The notes beneath the pieces were generated by a model that did not search any database, was not told the DNA's origin, and was given only the letters and a program-made list of their open reading frames with translations. DNA of 64,000 bases from an uncultured Acidobacteriota bacterium (GTDB taxonomy: Bacteria; Acidobacteriota; Thermoanaerobaculia; Multivoradales; JAHEKO01), in assembly GCA_963713825.1 (NCBI GenBank), contig CAVQNG010000014.1, forward strand, positions 54,366-118,365, in the 5' to 3' direction. Position 1 is the first letter of the stretch; the number at the start of each line of letters is the position of its first letter. Positions 27,379-36,865 of the stretch are shown one piece after another. Made by a program: the position numbers and the translations under genes.

Positions 27379-28906
27379 ATGACGGATGTTCTGACGCGAG
27401 AAGAGTACGTTGGGGTCGCGAAGGCCATGACGTATCCCGCCAGCTCGTGGATCAATGGGAAGTTCACGACCGCGAAGTCGGGGGAGACCTACGAATCGAC
27501 GAACCCTGCCACCGGTGAAGTTCTGGCCAAGATCGCCTCTTGTGGGCGAAGAGGAGGTGGACTACGCGGTGAAGAAGGCACGACAGGCCTTCGATGCGGG
27601 AGTGTGGTCGCGGCTGCATCCGTCCGAGCGCAAAGACATCATGATCCAGTGGGTCAAGCGCCTGAAGCGAGAGCGTTACGAGCTGACGGTTCTGGAGAGT
27701 CTCGAGAGCGGCAAGCCGGTCCGCGACATCGCCGAGATCGACCTCGAGGAGACGATCCACTGCCTGGCCTGGTATGCGGAGGCGGCCGACAAGCTGTTCG
27801 GCAAGATGACGCCATCGGGTGATGACGCCATGGGCCTGGTTGTACGAGAGCCGGTTGGCGTCGTGGGCTGCGTTCTGCCGTGGAATTTCCCGATGCTGAT
27901 GTTCGCGTGGAAGGTCGGTCCAGCGCTGGCGGCGGGAAATAGCGTCATCGTCAAGGCCGCAAAGGAAACGAGCATGACGGCGGTGCGCCTGGCGGAACTG
28001 GCGAGTGAAGCGGGTGTTCCGGATGGCGTATTGAACGTCGTGACCGGGCCCGGATCGAGGGTGGGGAAGGCGATTGGTACTCACGACGGAATCGACGCGG
28101 TTTCCTTCACGGGCTCGACCGAAATCGGTCGAGAGTTCTTGAAATACTCTGCAAACAGCAATCTAAAGAAGGTCACTCTCGAGCTCGGAGGCAAGAACCC
28201 GGCGGTGGTGCTGTCGGATGCCGAACACCTGGATGCGGTGGCCGAGCACGTGGTGAATGCCTGCTTCTGGAACATGGGGCAGAACTGCACCTCCAACAGT
28301 CGGCTCATCGTGCACAAGGACGTGAAGGAGGATCTGGTCGAGCGGATTCTCATCAAGGTTCGCGAATGGCGCACGGGTGATCCGCTGGAGCCGTCGAATC
28401 GGTTCGGCTCGATGGTGTCGAAAGAGCACTTCGACAAAGTCATGGGCTACATCGAGACCGGGAAGAAGGAGGGCGCGACCCTTCTGCTCGGGGGCGAGCC
28501 GATGGAGGAGGGAAGTGGCCTCTTCATTCCACCGACGATCTTCGACGACGTGACGCCCGAGATGACCATCTACAAGGAGGAGATCTTCGGGCCGGTTCTG
28601 GCCATCACGACCGCCGGCAGCGACGACGAGGCGCTGCTGCTCGGCAACGACACCTGCTACGGACTTCAGGCGTCGCTCTTCAGTGGGGGGCTGCGGAATG
28701 CCCTGCGTGGGGCCCGAGAGCTCAAGGCCGGCACCGTCTCGGTGAACAGCTACACCGAAGGCGACATCACGACACCCTTCGGCGGCATGAAGCTGTCTGG
28801 CTTCGGCGGCCGCGACAACGGGCTCGAGGCCTTCGACCAATACCTCGAAACGAAGACGATCTGGCTCGACCTGAGCGACTACGAGGTCGACGCCGAGCTG
28901 GACTGA
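27379..28906 (+). pseudogene. NAD(P)-dependent aldehyde dehydrogenase with a +1 frameshift near 27541-27546
   Basis: TAGGAG RBS. The N-terminus MTDVLT...STNPATGEVLAKIAS is in the 27379 frame. The rest (GEEEVDYAVKKARQAF...ELGGKNP...catalytic Cys region QNCTSNSR) is in the 27455 frame. One extra base in TGTGGG causes the shift. Confidence 0.6.
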
Positions 28907-28910
28907 CCCC

Positions 28911-29607
28911 TCAACCCTCCTTCCAGGGATTGGTCGCAAAGACGGCGAACTCGGGCCATAGAGCCCGGCGCTCGGCCGAGATCGCGGAGAGAATCGCGTC
29001 GGCGATATCGGAGGCGTAGAGCTTGTTGGGATTGTTGCGACCGACCTTGCCACCCCAGGCGGTCTGGACCTCGGAAGGGCACACGCAGATAACGCGGATG
29101 TCGTGCGGGCGTAGCTCAGCCTGCCAGCACTGACTCAACTCCTCGCACGGCCCACTTGCTTGCCGAGTAGGCGGTGCCGTGGGCGTGGCCCTTGATCCCC
29201 GAGGTCGAGGCGATGTTGACGATGTCGCCGCTGCCCTGCGCTTTCATCATGGGAACAACGCGGTTGGTCAAGTCGACCATTCCGAAAACGTTGGTGTTGA
29301 ACAGGGCCTTCATGGCGTCCATGTCGACCTCGCCGATCTCAGCCATGTAGCCGTAGCCGGCATTGTTGACCAACACGTCGATGCCGCCCATTCGCTCCTG
29401 ACAAGCCTCGACTGTACGAGCGTTGTCCTCGGCGATAGAGACATCAGCCTGCACTCCGTGTGCTCCCGTCTCCGCGGCCACCTGTTCGATCAACTCTTCA
29501 TTGCGCCCGGTGAAGACGACTTCGCCACCGCTCTTTCGGGCCGCTTCGACAATCGCGGCTCCGATCCCCTGACTGCCGCCGGTAATCAAGTATCGTGTCC
29601 CTGCCAT
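28911..29607 (-). pseudogene. Classical SDR oxidoreductase with a +1 frameshift near 29130
   Basis: The 29116..29607 ORF (TGGSQGIGAAIVEAA ... YSASKWAVRG) stops abruptly. The protein continues as LSQCWQAELRPHDIRVICVCPSEVQT in the 28911..29138 ORF. One extra G causes the shift. Confidence 0.55.
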
Positions 29608-29658
29608 GAGGTTTCTCCTTTGTTGATGAGGGCCGATCTTACAGCGTCGCGATCGGCA

Positions 29659-30057
29659 CTAGGCCAACTCGATGGGGCAGACCTGGCTCATGCGCTCGAA
29701 GTCGCGATCCGTGGTGAGCAACTGACAATCGTTCTCGATCGCGCTCGCTGCGATGTGACAGTCGATGGTAGAGGCACCCAGGCCATGATCTCGACATTGC
29801 CGATAGAGTCGCGCAGCTACCCGGCAGAGGCTGGATTCGACGGGGAGGAGTGGAAAAGGCTCGAAGTAATCGGCGATCTGGGAAGCCACCTTCTCACTTC
29901 GGAAAGCCTGCAGAATCTCCTGCAGGATCAAGGCTGTCAGAAACAGGTCCTCCCCGGTGTCCAGATAGCGACGCAGCTTCCTCACCGCTGGATGTTCGGC
30001 CGGACCGCCGCGGCGCAGAGCCAGCGACCATACCGAGGTATCGACGAGAATCCTCAC
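29659..30057 (-). CDS. vapC: Type II toxin VapC (PIN domain)
   Basis: GTG start at 30057 (VRILVDTSVWSLAL) forms a GTGA overlap with vapB. C-terminal PIN residues TTDRDFERM. Confidence 0.7.
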   Translation of the reverse strand: MRILVDTSVWSLALRRGGPAEHPAVRKLRRYLDTGEDLFLTALILQEILQAFRSEKVASQIADYFEPFPLLPVESSLCRVAARLYRQCRDHGLGASTIDCHIAASAIENDCQLLTTDRDFERMSQVCPIELA

Positions 30058-30254
30058 CGTCTCTGCCGCTCCTTCTTGTGGTCGTACTCGGCATCCCAAT
30101 CGACCCGGCCGAAGAGGCTGACGATTTCACGGCGCTTGCGCCGCGCTACGTACTCTTCCAGCGCCTCGTTGACGGCCTGCCTCTTGGTGCGGTGGCCCCC
30201 GAGTCTGCGGGCTTCATCGATCAGTTCGTCGTCGAGGGCGAGATTGGTGGGCAT
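30054..30254 (-). CDS. vapB: Type II antitoxin VapB (MPTNLALDDELIDEA-type)
   Basis: MPTNLALDDELIDEARRLGGHRTKRQAVNEALEEYV is the conserved VapB antitoxin N-terminus. Confidence 0.7.
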   Translation of the reverse strand: MPTNLALDDELIDEARRLGGHRTKRQAVNEALEEYVARRKRREIVSLFGRVDWDAEYDHKKERQRR

Positions 30255-30265
30255 GTGGGTGGCTC

Positions 30266-30300
30266 CTTTTACACATTAACTTACACATAATATCACACAA
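30266..30300. promoter_or_regulatory. AT-rich direct repeats TTACACA x2 (+TCACACA) upstream of vapB; candidate promoter/operator
   Basis: Seen in sequence 12-45 nt upstream of the vapB ATG at 30254. Stands out in otherwise GC-rich DNA. Confidence 0.35.
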
Positions 30301-30410
30301 CATCTCGGCTCGCACTGAGCTGCTGAGGTGGCAGCTACAGGAAAAGACGAACTCTGCGGTTGGATACTTGTGGCGAGAGCTCAGGCTGAAGGCTCGAGGC
30401 GAGTCGCCGG

Positions 30411-31307
30411 TCAGGCCGGCGCCAGCTCGCCTCGTCGCCTCCAGAACAGCCAGGCAACCAGGGCGATGGCGGCGACCGTGACAACACCGAACTCACCGAC
30501 CAGGTACTGTGCCGTGCCCTCCGATGTGGTGAGTCGATCGAAGAAGCTCTGAATGAAGGCATTGTGGCTGGCATGAAGAAGCACTGCCGTCCACAGACTC
30601 CCCGATTTGAGGCGCAACCAAGCGAAGATGAAGCTAGCGGCAATCGCCATCAGCGAAAATGTGACCAGGCTGAAAGCGGCCGATCCGCTCTGATAGCCGG
30701 CGACGAGAATCAGCGGCCAGTGCCAGGTCGCCCAGATGAGGCCAGAGATCCAGGAGGTGTTTGTATAGGAGGTAACTTCCGCCAGCCTCGGGACCAGCAA
30801 TCCGCGCCAACCGATCTCCTCGCCGAGGGCGAACAGGAGGTTGAAGAACATGCCGCGTGTCGCGATCAGCAAGAAGAATACGCCGAGTACGGCGCCATCA
30901 GACCCGAATGTCCATCCCCAGCGCTCGTCGAGTCGTTCGGCGATCTGCCCAAGCATCTCGTGGTCGAAGAACGCTCCGCCACTCGCCAGCCAGGCCAGAC
31001 CATAGGCCAAGGCCGCATAGAGAAGCGGCGTCCCGTAGCTGGCCAGCAGGTACCGTGGCTTGCCCAGCCCCCACCCGAGTCCCCGGAGATTCCGCTGGAA
31101 GGCAAACCGGGTGATCAGTGCCGCGACCCCCGGGCACCACATCAGTCCTAGAATGAGGAGAGCACCCGCAGCTTCGAGGTCCCCCGCCGCGATGATCTTG
31201 TAGTAGAAGATCGAGCTCAGGCCGAGGGTGAGCAATAGGAAGGTGATGATTTCCCGCCAAGCCCCGCCTGTGTGGGTGTGCTGGGATTCTTCAGTAGAGG
31301 CCCTCAT
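30411..31307 (-). CDS. CPBP-family intramembrane metalloprotease (CAAX protease / Abi-like)
   Basis: Multi-TM protein. EEIGWRGLL (EExxxR motif 1), FSLVTFS and HASHNAF (HxxxN/D motif). Confidence 0.8.
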   Translation of the reverse strand: MRASTEESQHTHTGGAWREIITFLLLTLGLSSIFYYKIIAAGDLEAAGALLILGLMWCPGVAALITRFAFQRNLRGLGWGLGKPRYLLASYGTPLLYAALAYGLAWLASGGAFFDHEMLGQIAERLDERWGWTFGSDGAVLGVFFLLIATRGMFFNLLFALGEEIGWRGLLVPRLAEVTSYTNTSWISGLIWATWHWPLILVAGYQSGSAAFSLVTFSLMAIAASFIFAWLRLKSGSLWTAVLLHASHNAFIQSFFDRLTTSEGTAQYLVGEFGVVTVAAIALVAWLFWRRRGELAPA

Positions 31308-31371
31308 AGACTGCCTTACGACCCTGAGATGAGTCGTGTTTCACTAACTACTCGGGACTATTGCGACGAGG

Positions 31372-32427
31372 CTAACCAGGCCGAAGTGTCGCCGGTTTCA
31401 AAGCAGTCGAGGAATACCCGTCATCGGCAGTCCTGAATTGATGGACACCCAGCTTTTGCCGTCGGCCCGAGATCAAAAGATCCCTTTTCCAGTGGCGGTA
31501 ACGAGGTACCCACCATGAGCCTCCAAGTCGTTGATCTGCGATGTCACCGGACCCTCGAATCTCTGCCATTGAGCGAAGACAAGAGACGACGTCGACGCCA
31601 AAAGCACGGCTCCAAACACAAGCGCCGGCAGGGACCCCAACCGAACCCCCAGATCCGAAGGTGCGAAGCTGAAACCTGCGAGGCCCGAGACCAGAGATCT
31701 CAGGATGGACGGCTACCACTCCACCATTTCGATCGCACCTCCGTCCAGGAGTTGGGCTGTCGCGTTCGCAGCGGTGGATGGAAATTTGCCTTTGTGAGAA
31801 ATGGCAAGGCATGACCCCCTTCCTGGCATACGAGAGAGGAATCCGTGGATCGCGAAGACCACGTAGGGGCCAATCTCGACCGTCCCGCTCGACCGGAATC
31901 TCTGGTAGGACGTCCGCGGCTTCAAATGGATCGAACACCCCTTCCAGAGCCTGTGTCAGCTTCATGGGAAAACGAGCTTCGAGATCCTTGCCAAGAGGAA
32001 CCTGCGTCACGTCACCCGCCGCCATGAGGAGCGTCTCACCGCGGATCAAAGAGATGGCAAGATCAGCGGAAGACGATCTCGAGAGGTGAATCAGGTCGCC
32101 TGGTTGGCGGGCAGACATCACCTGCGTGTCGACGAAGAAGGATGCCGATGCGACCGACGCCAAGTGGCGACTTGGTGCGGTCAGCTTGATTCGACTTCGT
32201 AGAATATTGGGAAGCCAAACTCCTCGATCCCAGCCGGGGTTCGGCGTGGGGCCAGCGTCCTCGATTTGCATGTGAGGGGTATGCCCTACAAGGCGATGGT
32301 CCTGAAGCTTGCGCCCTGAGAGTTTGACGAGGTAGGTCAGCCGGGCCTCACACGACCCGCCCGAGTTTTCCCAATCCACAGGTATCTCGGCAACATAGTC
32401 GAACGTGCCACTGATGAGCATGACCAT
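31372..32427 (-). CDS. Hypothetical protein; boundaries doubtful, distal half reads through a repeat element
   Basis: The first ~190 codons have protein-like composition (MVMLISGTFDYVAEIPVDWENSGG...SLIRGETLLMAAGDV). The remainder is Arg/Gly-rich and overlaps repeat A at 31622-31880. Confidence 0.25.
   Translation of the reverse strand: MVMLISGTFDYVAEIPVDWENSGGSCEARLTYLVKLSGRKLQDHRLVGHTPHMQIEDAGPTPNPGWDRGVWLPNILRSRIKLTAPSRHLASVASASFFVDTQVMSARQPGDLIHLSRSSSADLAISLIRGETLLMAAGDVTQVPLGKDLEARFPMKLTQALEGVFDPFEAADVLPEIPVERDGRDWPLRGLRDPRIPLSYARKGVMPCHFSQRQISIHRCERDSPTPGRRCDRNGGVVAVHPEISGLGPRRFQLRTFGSGGSVGVPAGACVWSRAFGVDVVSCLRSMAEIRGSGDIADQRLGGSWWVPRYRHWKRDLLISGRRQKLGVHQFRTADDGYSSTALKPATLRPG
31622..31880. 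repeat. Repeat A: degenerate tRNA-Arg 3'-half homolog fused to a ~190-bp shared sequence
   Basis: gcgccggcagggac..ccgaacccccagatccgaag matches the 3' half of the tRNA-Arg at 58887-58931. The following ~190 bp are shared only with repeat B (48172-48404), e.g. ggctaccact..accatttcgatcgcacctcc and ggaatccgtggatcgcgaagac.acgtaggggcc. Confidence 0.55.
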
Positions 32428-32849
32428 GGTTCACCTCTATAGCTGTGCTGTCAAAAAGGAGGGTTGATGTAGTCGCTGAGCCGTGCCGCTCCCTTCAGTA
32501 CTCCAACCCGATTCGCAGCATCAGGCGGCGGGGTTTGACCCACATTCTGGGCACGAACTCGTCGCCTTCATTGAGCACGTAGTCACCGAACTGGACAACC
32601 GCAGAGCTGTTGAGCAGGGATCTCGAAAGAACCGAAGAAAAGACTTGACAAGATTTTCGCGTCATTTTTCGGAGCCTCTGAGGTCGACCCTTGAAAGAGT
32701 CTGTGTGGCCCTGGGTGACTTCCTGCGTGGCGTACCTCGCGATGCGTGACGAAAATGCCTCGAGGCCCCTCGATCGTGCGCCAGAAGACATCCTAAAGCG
32801 TTGAAAATAGTAGGTTTATAATGGTGCGTGACTCCTGGAGAGAACGCTC

Positions 32850-34172
32850 ATGATCGAACCTATTGCTACCCCGACTACGAAATCACAACTCGGCCCTGGA
32901 ACTTCGGAGGTCGACCAGCTCGGCGATCGAATCGCCGAGCTCTCGGCCCAGATCCAGGCTGCCACCTACCACCTGCTGGTCCTGATCCGGGAGTTCGACG
33001 AGAAGAGCGGTTGGAACACCGGCTTTCGCTCCTGTGCCCATTGGCTCAACTGGCGCACTGGGCTCGACCTGGGCGCGGCCCGGGAGAAGGTACGAGTGGC
33101 CAAGGCCCTGGGCGAGTTGCCGCTTCTTTCCGAGGCGATGGGTTGTGGGGAGCTCTCCTACTCCAAGGTCAGGGCCCTGACCCGAGTGGCGACCCGTGAG
33201 AACGAGGCGGAGCTCCTCGAATTCGCTCGGGCTGGAACGGCCGCCCATGTGGAGAAGCTGGTGCGGGCCTGGCGCCGTGTCGATCGGCAGGACGAGGTCC
33301 ACCGAGAGAATCTACGTCACGCCAGCCGCTACCTGGCGGCCACCACGGATTACGACGGCATGATCGTGCTACGGGCACGATTGGACCCGGAAGTGGGAGC
33401 CGCTCTGCTGAAAGCTCTGGAGGCAGCCGAGCAGGTGCTCTATGACAGAGAGCGGGAGACCAAGGACGAGCGAGGCGATGGAATCGCGGTCCGCCAGCGA
33501 CGAGCGGATGCCATAGGTCTTGTCGCCGAAAGTGCGCTGGATGGCGGGATGGACCAAGGAACTCGGGCCGAGCGCTTGCAGGTGGTGGTGCATGTCGACG
33601 AGGAGGTTCTGGCCGATCCGCAAGCCGCAGGGGTGTCCATGCTGGAGGACGGCACAGACGTTTCCGCGGAAACGTCCCGGAGGCTCTCCTGCGATGCCGG
33701 CAAGGTGGTCATGAAACACGATTCCGAGGGCAATATCCTCGATGTCGGCCGTCGAACTCGCACGATTCCCACCCCGATTCGCCGCGCTCTGACCGCCAGG
33801 GACGAAGGCTGCCAGTTTCCGGGCTGCGGATTGAAGCATTGCGAGGCTCACCACCTCAAACACTGGGCCGACGGAGGAAAGACCAGCCTCGAAAACCTGG
33901 TTCTGCTGTGTCGCCGTCACCATCGCGCCGTGCACGAAGAGGGATACCGCATCGAGCACATTGGGGATGGCGGGCTGCGCTTCTTCCGACCCCAGGGCTG
34001 GGAGATTCCGAGCGTTCCTCCGCCACCACCCCTGGTCGAGGACCCCTTGGCGGAGCTCGAGAGCCTGCTCGACGAGGAAGACATCTCGATCGACTCCCAC
34101 ACAGGGTTTCCGCGCTGGCAGGGAGAGCGACTCGACCTCAACTGGGCGGTCCAGGGCTATCGACAGCTGTGA
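32850..34172 (+). CDS. HNH endonuclease, DUF222 (REP13E12-type) family
   Basis: N-terminal DUF222 region. C-terminal HNH motif EGCQFPGCGLKHCEAHHLKHWADGGKTSLENLVLLCRRHHRAVHE. An AT-rich TATAAT-containing stretch lies 28 nt upstream. Confidence 0.8.
   Translation: MIEPIATPTTKSQLGPGTSEVDQLGDRIAELSAQIQAATYHLLVLIREFDEKSGWNTGFRSCAHWLNWRTGLDLGAAREKVRVAKALGELPLLSEAMGCGELSYSKVRALTRVATRENEAELLEFARAGTAAHVEKLVRAWRRVDRQDEVHRENLRHASRYLAATTDYDGMIVLRARLDPEVGAALLKALEAAEQVLYDRERETKDERGDGIAVRQRRADAIGLVAESALDGGMDQGTRAERLQVVVHVDEEVLADPQAAGVSMLEDGTDVSAETSRRLSCDAGKVVMKHDSEGNILDVGRRTRTIPTPIRRALTARDEGCQFPGCGLKHCEAHHLKHWADGGKTSLENLVLLCRRHHRAVHEEGYRIEHIGDGGLRFFRPQGWEIPSVPPPPPLVEDPLAELESLLDEEDISIDSHTGFPRWQGERLDLNWAVQGYRQL
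33658..33675. repeat. 18-bp perfect palindrome ACGTTTCCGCGGAAACGT (copy 1, inside the HNH ORF)
   Basis: Exact palindrome. The same core recurs at 34182-34197 and 35071-35088. Confidence 0.5.
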
Positions 34173-34181
34173 CGGACCCGG

Positions 34182-34246
34182 CGTTTCCGCGGAAACGTCT
34201 GCGCACCCTCCTCAGGGCGCCCGAATCGGCTGGCACCGTTCCCGAT
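34182..34246. repeat. Repeat unit: palindrome core CGTTTCCGCGGAAACG plus downstream CGAATCGGCTGGCACC box
   Basis: Lies 10 nt after the HNH stop. Both sub-motifs recur at 35041-35165. Confidence 0.5.
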
Positions 34247-34253
34247 CCCCGAG

Positions 34254-34592
34254 TCACAGCGCCAGTACCAGGCGAATACCCTCATCAATGCGAGTCATCG
34301 CTTGGGTTGTCAGGCGACCGACCGGTTTAGAGAGAAAGGAGCGGTCGAGTGTGAGCAGCTGCGACACATTCACAACCGAGTCCTTGGGGAGCCAGCTGGT
34401 CTTCTTCTTCAGCAATACGTTGCCGGGAGAATCTGCCAGGCGTAGGTTCGATGTAATGACCGCGACGACAACGGTCTGAATCCGGCTGGCATTGAAGGCG
34501 TCGGATTGCACGATGAGGACAGGCCGGCGAAGCCCAGGGCCAGAGCCCTGAGGCCGGGGGAGTGAGGCCCACCGGATCTCCCCCCGCTGCAC
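34254..34592 (-). CDS. Type II toxin, MazF/PemK/Kid-family mRNA interferase
   Basis: MQRGEIRWASLPRPQGSGPGLRRPVLIVQSDAFN...VVAVITSN follows the PemK/MazF fold pattern (RG-I/V-W..L.P..G.E...RP.LIVS). The start shares 1 nt with the antitoxin stop. Confidence 0.75.
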   Translation of the reverse strand: MQRGEIRWASLPRPQGSGPGLRRPVLIVQSDAFNASRIQTVVVAVITSNLRLADSPGNVLLKKKTSWLPKDSVVNVSQLLTLDRSFLSKPVGRLTTQAMTRIDEGIRLVLAL

Positions 34593-34828
34593 TACCAGTC
34601 CTCGGAATCCAGCGTAGCGAGTTGCAGGGTGTCGAGGATGGGATCGACTCGCGCTGGCTCGTCGCTGTAGATCTGGTTGAGACTCTCGGTGACTTCAAGG
34701 TGTTGATGCTCGGCCACGAAACACCGAACTGCCGTGGCATAGAGTCGGCTCCGGGAAAGACCCAAGCGTTGGGCAAGTTGCTCGGCTGCCTCGTAGACCT
34801 GGTCAGGAATCGAGATCGCGGTTTTCAT
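34592..34828 (-). CDS. Cognate antitoxin (RHH/MazE-PemI-like)
   Basis: MKTAISIPDQVYEAAEQLAQRLGLSRSRLYATAV is an RHH DNA-binding N-terminus. Directly upstream of and overlapping the toxin. Confidence 0.6.
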   Translation of the reverse strand: MKTAISIPDQVYEAAEQLAQRLGLSRSRLYATAVRCFVAEHQHLEVTESLNQIYSDEPARVDPILDTLQLATLDSEDW

Positions 34829-34833
34829 GTCTA

Positions 34834-34855
34834 TAGTATAACCAAAGTTATACTA
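34834..34855. promoter_or_regulatory. Perfect palindrome TAGTATAAC-CAAA-GTTATACTA immediately upstream of the antitoxin start; candidate operator
   Basis: 9-bp arms, 6 nt upstream of the ATG at 34828. AT-rich. Confidence 0.4.
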
Positions 34856-35040
34856 ATGAGTCAGTGATGGAGCTGAGCTGATCCGACAGCCTGGAATCGA
34901 GCCGGGAAACAGTACCCCGGAGCTTTCTAGATCTTGGTCTATCTGTATGGAGCTTCGTTACGCTTCAGGTTGTGGATCGTCAGGAGTCCACCCTGACACC
35001 CAGTCGTAGCAAAGGCCTGTTGATATCCCCGAACCGTCGC

Positions 35041-35165
35041 AGAATCGGCTGCCCCCTATTCGCAGTTCCGACGTTTCCGCGGAAACGTCTTCAGGCGGGG
35101 GCAAACCCCGCCCCTGCTCTAATACCCACCCCTGCGCCTAAATTCGAGATCGGCTGGCACCCACC
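35041..35165. repeat. Repeat unit copy 3 (AGAATCGGCTGCCCC, palindrome ACGTTTCCGCGGAAACGT, CGAGATCGGCTGGCACC)
   Basis: Shares both sub-motifs with 34182-34246. Together the copies bracket the MazEF pair. Confidence 0.5.
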
Positions 35166-35450
35166 TAGTAACCCAACTAGTACGGGCAGTGGCGAAAGGG
35201 GAGAAACAGTGCACGAAGGCGTGAGGATGCGAACCAACCCCTTGGTCCACTCCTGGTCCATTTCGGTGGAACTTGTGGACGGTTCCCGAACTATCAGTAA
35301 GTCCTTCCGATAGGTTTCCGTGACAAGGGGAGGTATCTCGGAGCCACGCGAGCGACTCGTGAATATTGAGATGACTGTCCCGATAGTTCAGACTAGGAAG
35401 ACAAGGCTGGGCGCAAGTGCCGCCACTCAGAAACAGCCTGTGAGAGCTTT

Positions 35451-36641
35451 CTATTCCACTGTATTCGACCACGCCGAGGTGTCGCCGGACTCGAAGCCGT
35501 CTCTGAATAACAGCTGAGGGGTCATGTCTCCGAGGGCAACGTGATATGTGTCGTTCTCGTCGGAGCTAAGATCGGTACAGCTGAATCCACCCAGGCCATC
35601 TCCGAGACACAACCGATTCCGCGCCTGGTAGTTCCCGAAAACAGCATCGAGGTATTGATCGTCGTCGACGTAGCTTAGAGCGACACCAAGAGAGTCGAAC
35701 TCGTCGGTACTGACATCGCCGCAGGTGAAGTGCCCGGCTCCATCTCCGAGGCACACTCGATTTCGACCGAAGGCGACCCCGAACACGGCATCGAGGTTCT
35801 GATCGTCGTCGATCAACCCCAAAGAAACTCTCGTGTGGAAGTGTTCGTCCGTGCTGACATCGCTACAAGTGAAGCCGCCCAGGCCATTGCCAATACAGAC
35901 GCGGTTGCGTTGTTCTTTGTTGGCGAAGACGGCATCGAGAATCTGGTCGTTGTCGATGTAGCCCAGAGCAACGCCAGTCGAGTAGAACTCGTCGCTACTG
36001 ACATCACTGCAAGTGAAGCCACCCAAACCGTCCCCAAGGCAGATGCGATTGCGCGGCTGACTCGGGAAACCAGTACCCCAGACTGCAAAGACGGCGTCAA
36101 GGACCTGATCGTTGTCAACTAGGCCCAGCGCAACATCTGTGGCACCAACGATGTCGGTGCCAACGTTGCTGCAGGTGAACTGTCCGGCTCCATCTCCGAG
36201 GCATACGCGATTCGGCGTGGCCGCATTGTGACCTCCAATGATGGCGTCGAGGTGCTGATCGCCATCAATAAGTCCGAGCGCCACGCCGGATGAGCCTTCT
36301 GCTACAGTATCGACATAACTGCAAGAGGAAAATCTCCCCAAGCCGTCGCCAAAGCAGACACGGTCGCGTTGATGTGCGCGATTGGCAAACACAGCATCGG
36401 GGTGCTGATCGCCATCCACGAGGCCGAGCGCAACCGTCCCGCCAGCGTCCTCGTCATCGCTGACATCACTACACATGAACCCTGCACCACCGTCGCCAAG
36501 GCAGAAACGATCTGGAGATCCCCAGACCGCAAAAACAGCGTCTAAGGATTCACTCGCCGACACCGCCCCGGCACCGACCATTGCTGACAAAAGCACAATC
36601 AGTCCGGCACAGACTTTCAACCTCTCTCTCATCTCGAACAT
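35451..36641 (-). CDS. Secreted FG-GAP / VCBS-type repeat beta-propeller protein
   Basis: Signal peptide. About seven repeats of D.DQ.LDAVF...NRVC.GDG.G.F(T/S)C.DVS.DE. Confidence 0.75.
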   Translation of the reverse strand: MFEMRERLKVCAGLIVLLSAMVGAGAVSASESLDAVFAVWGSPDRFCLGDGGAGFMCSDVSDDEDAGGTVALGLVDGDQHPDAVFANRAHQRDRVCFGDGLGRFSSCSYVDTVAEGSSGVALGLIDGDQHLDAIIGGHNAATPNRVCLGDGAGQFTCSNVGTDIVGATDVALGLVDNDQVLDAVFAVWGTGFPSQPRNRICLGDGLGGFTCSDVSSDEFYSTGVALGYIDNDQILDAVFANKEQRNRVCIGNGLGGFTCSDVSTDEHFHTRVSLGLIDDDQNLDAVFGVAFGRNRVCLGDGAGHFTCGDVSTDEFDSLGVALSYVDDDQYLDAVFGNYQARNRLCLGDGLGGFSCTDLSSDENDTYHVALGDMTPQLLFRDGFESGDTSAWSNTVE

Positions 36642-36865
36642 CCTTTCCGCATGTGGATCGGGGGAATTCCCGGCCGGCCATATCGATAGGCACTTCGGCC
36701 CCTCCTTACAGGAACGGTGATCCGGTGATTCGGCCCTGAGCTATTCCGGGTGTGCCTTCGTCGAAGCACTTTCACTGTCTCCGCTAATAGAAGGCCCAAG
36801 CGGACAGATTTGTTACCCCCAATTGACGGGGGCGCTCTCCGGGCCTGACCGTCTGAGGAAGGGAT

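Noticed and set aside
29179-30279. 366-aa plus-strand ORF
   Set aside because: Antisense to the SDR and VapBC genes. Arg/Gly/Asp-rich GC-frame artefact with no motifs.
32801-32822. TTGAAA ... TATAAT as a canonical sigma-70 promoter for the HNH gene
   Set aside because: The -35 to -10 spacer is only about 10 nt. The AT-rich TATAAT box is still noted as a possible -10 element, but a canonical promoter is not supported.
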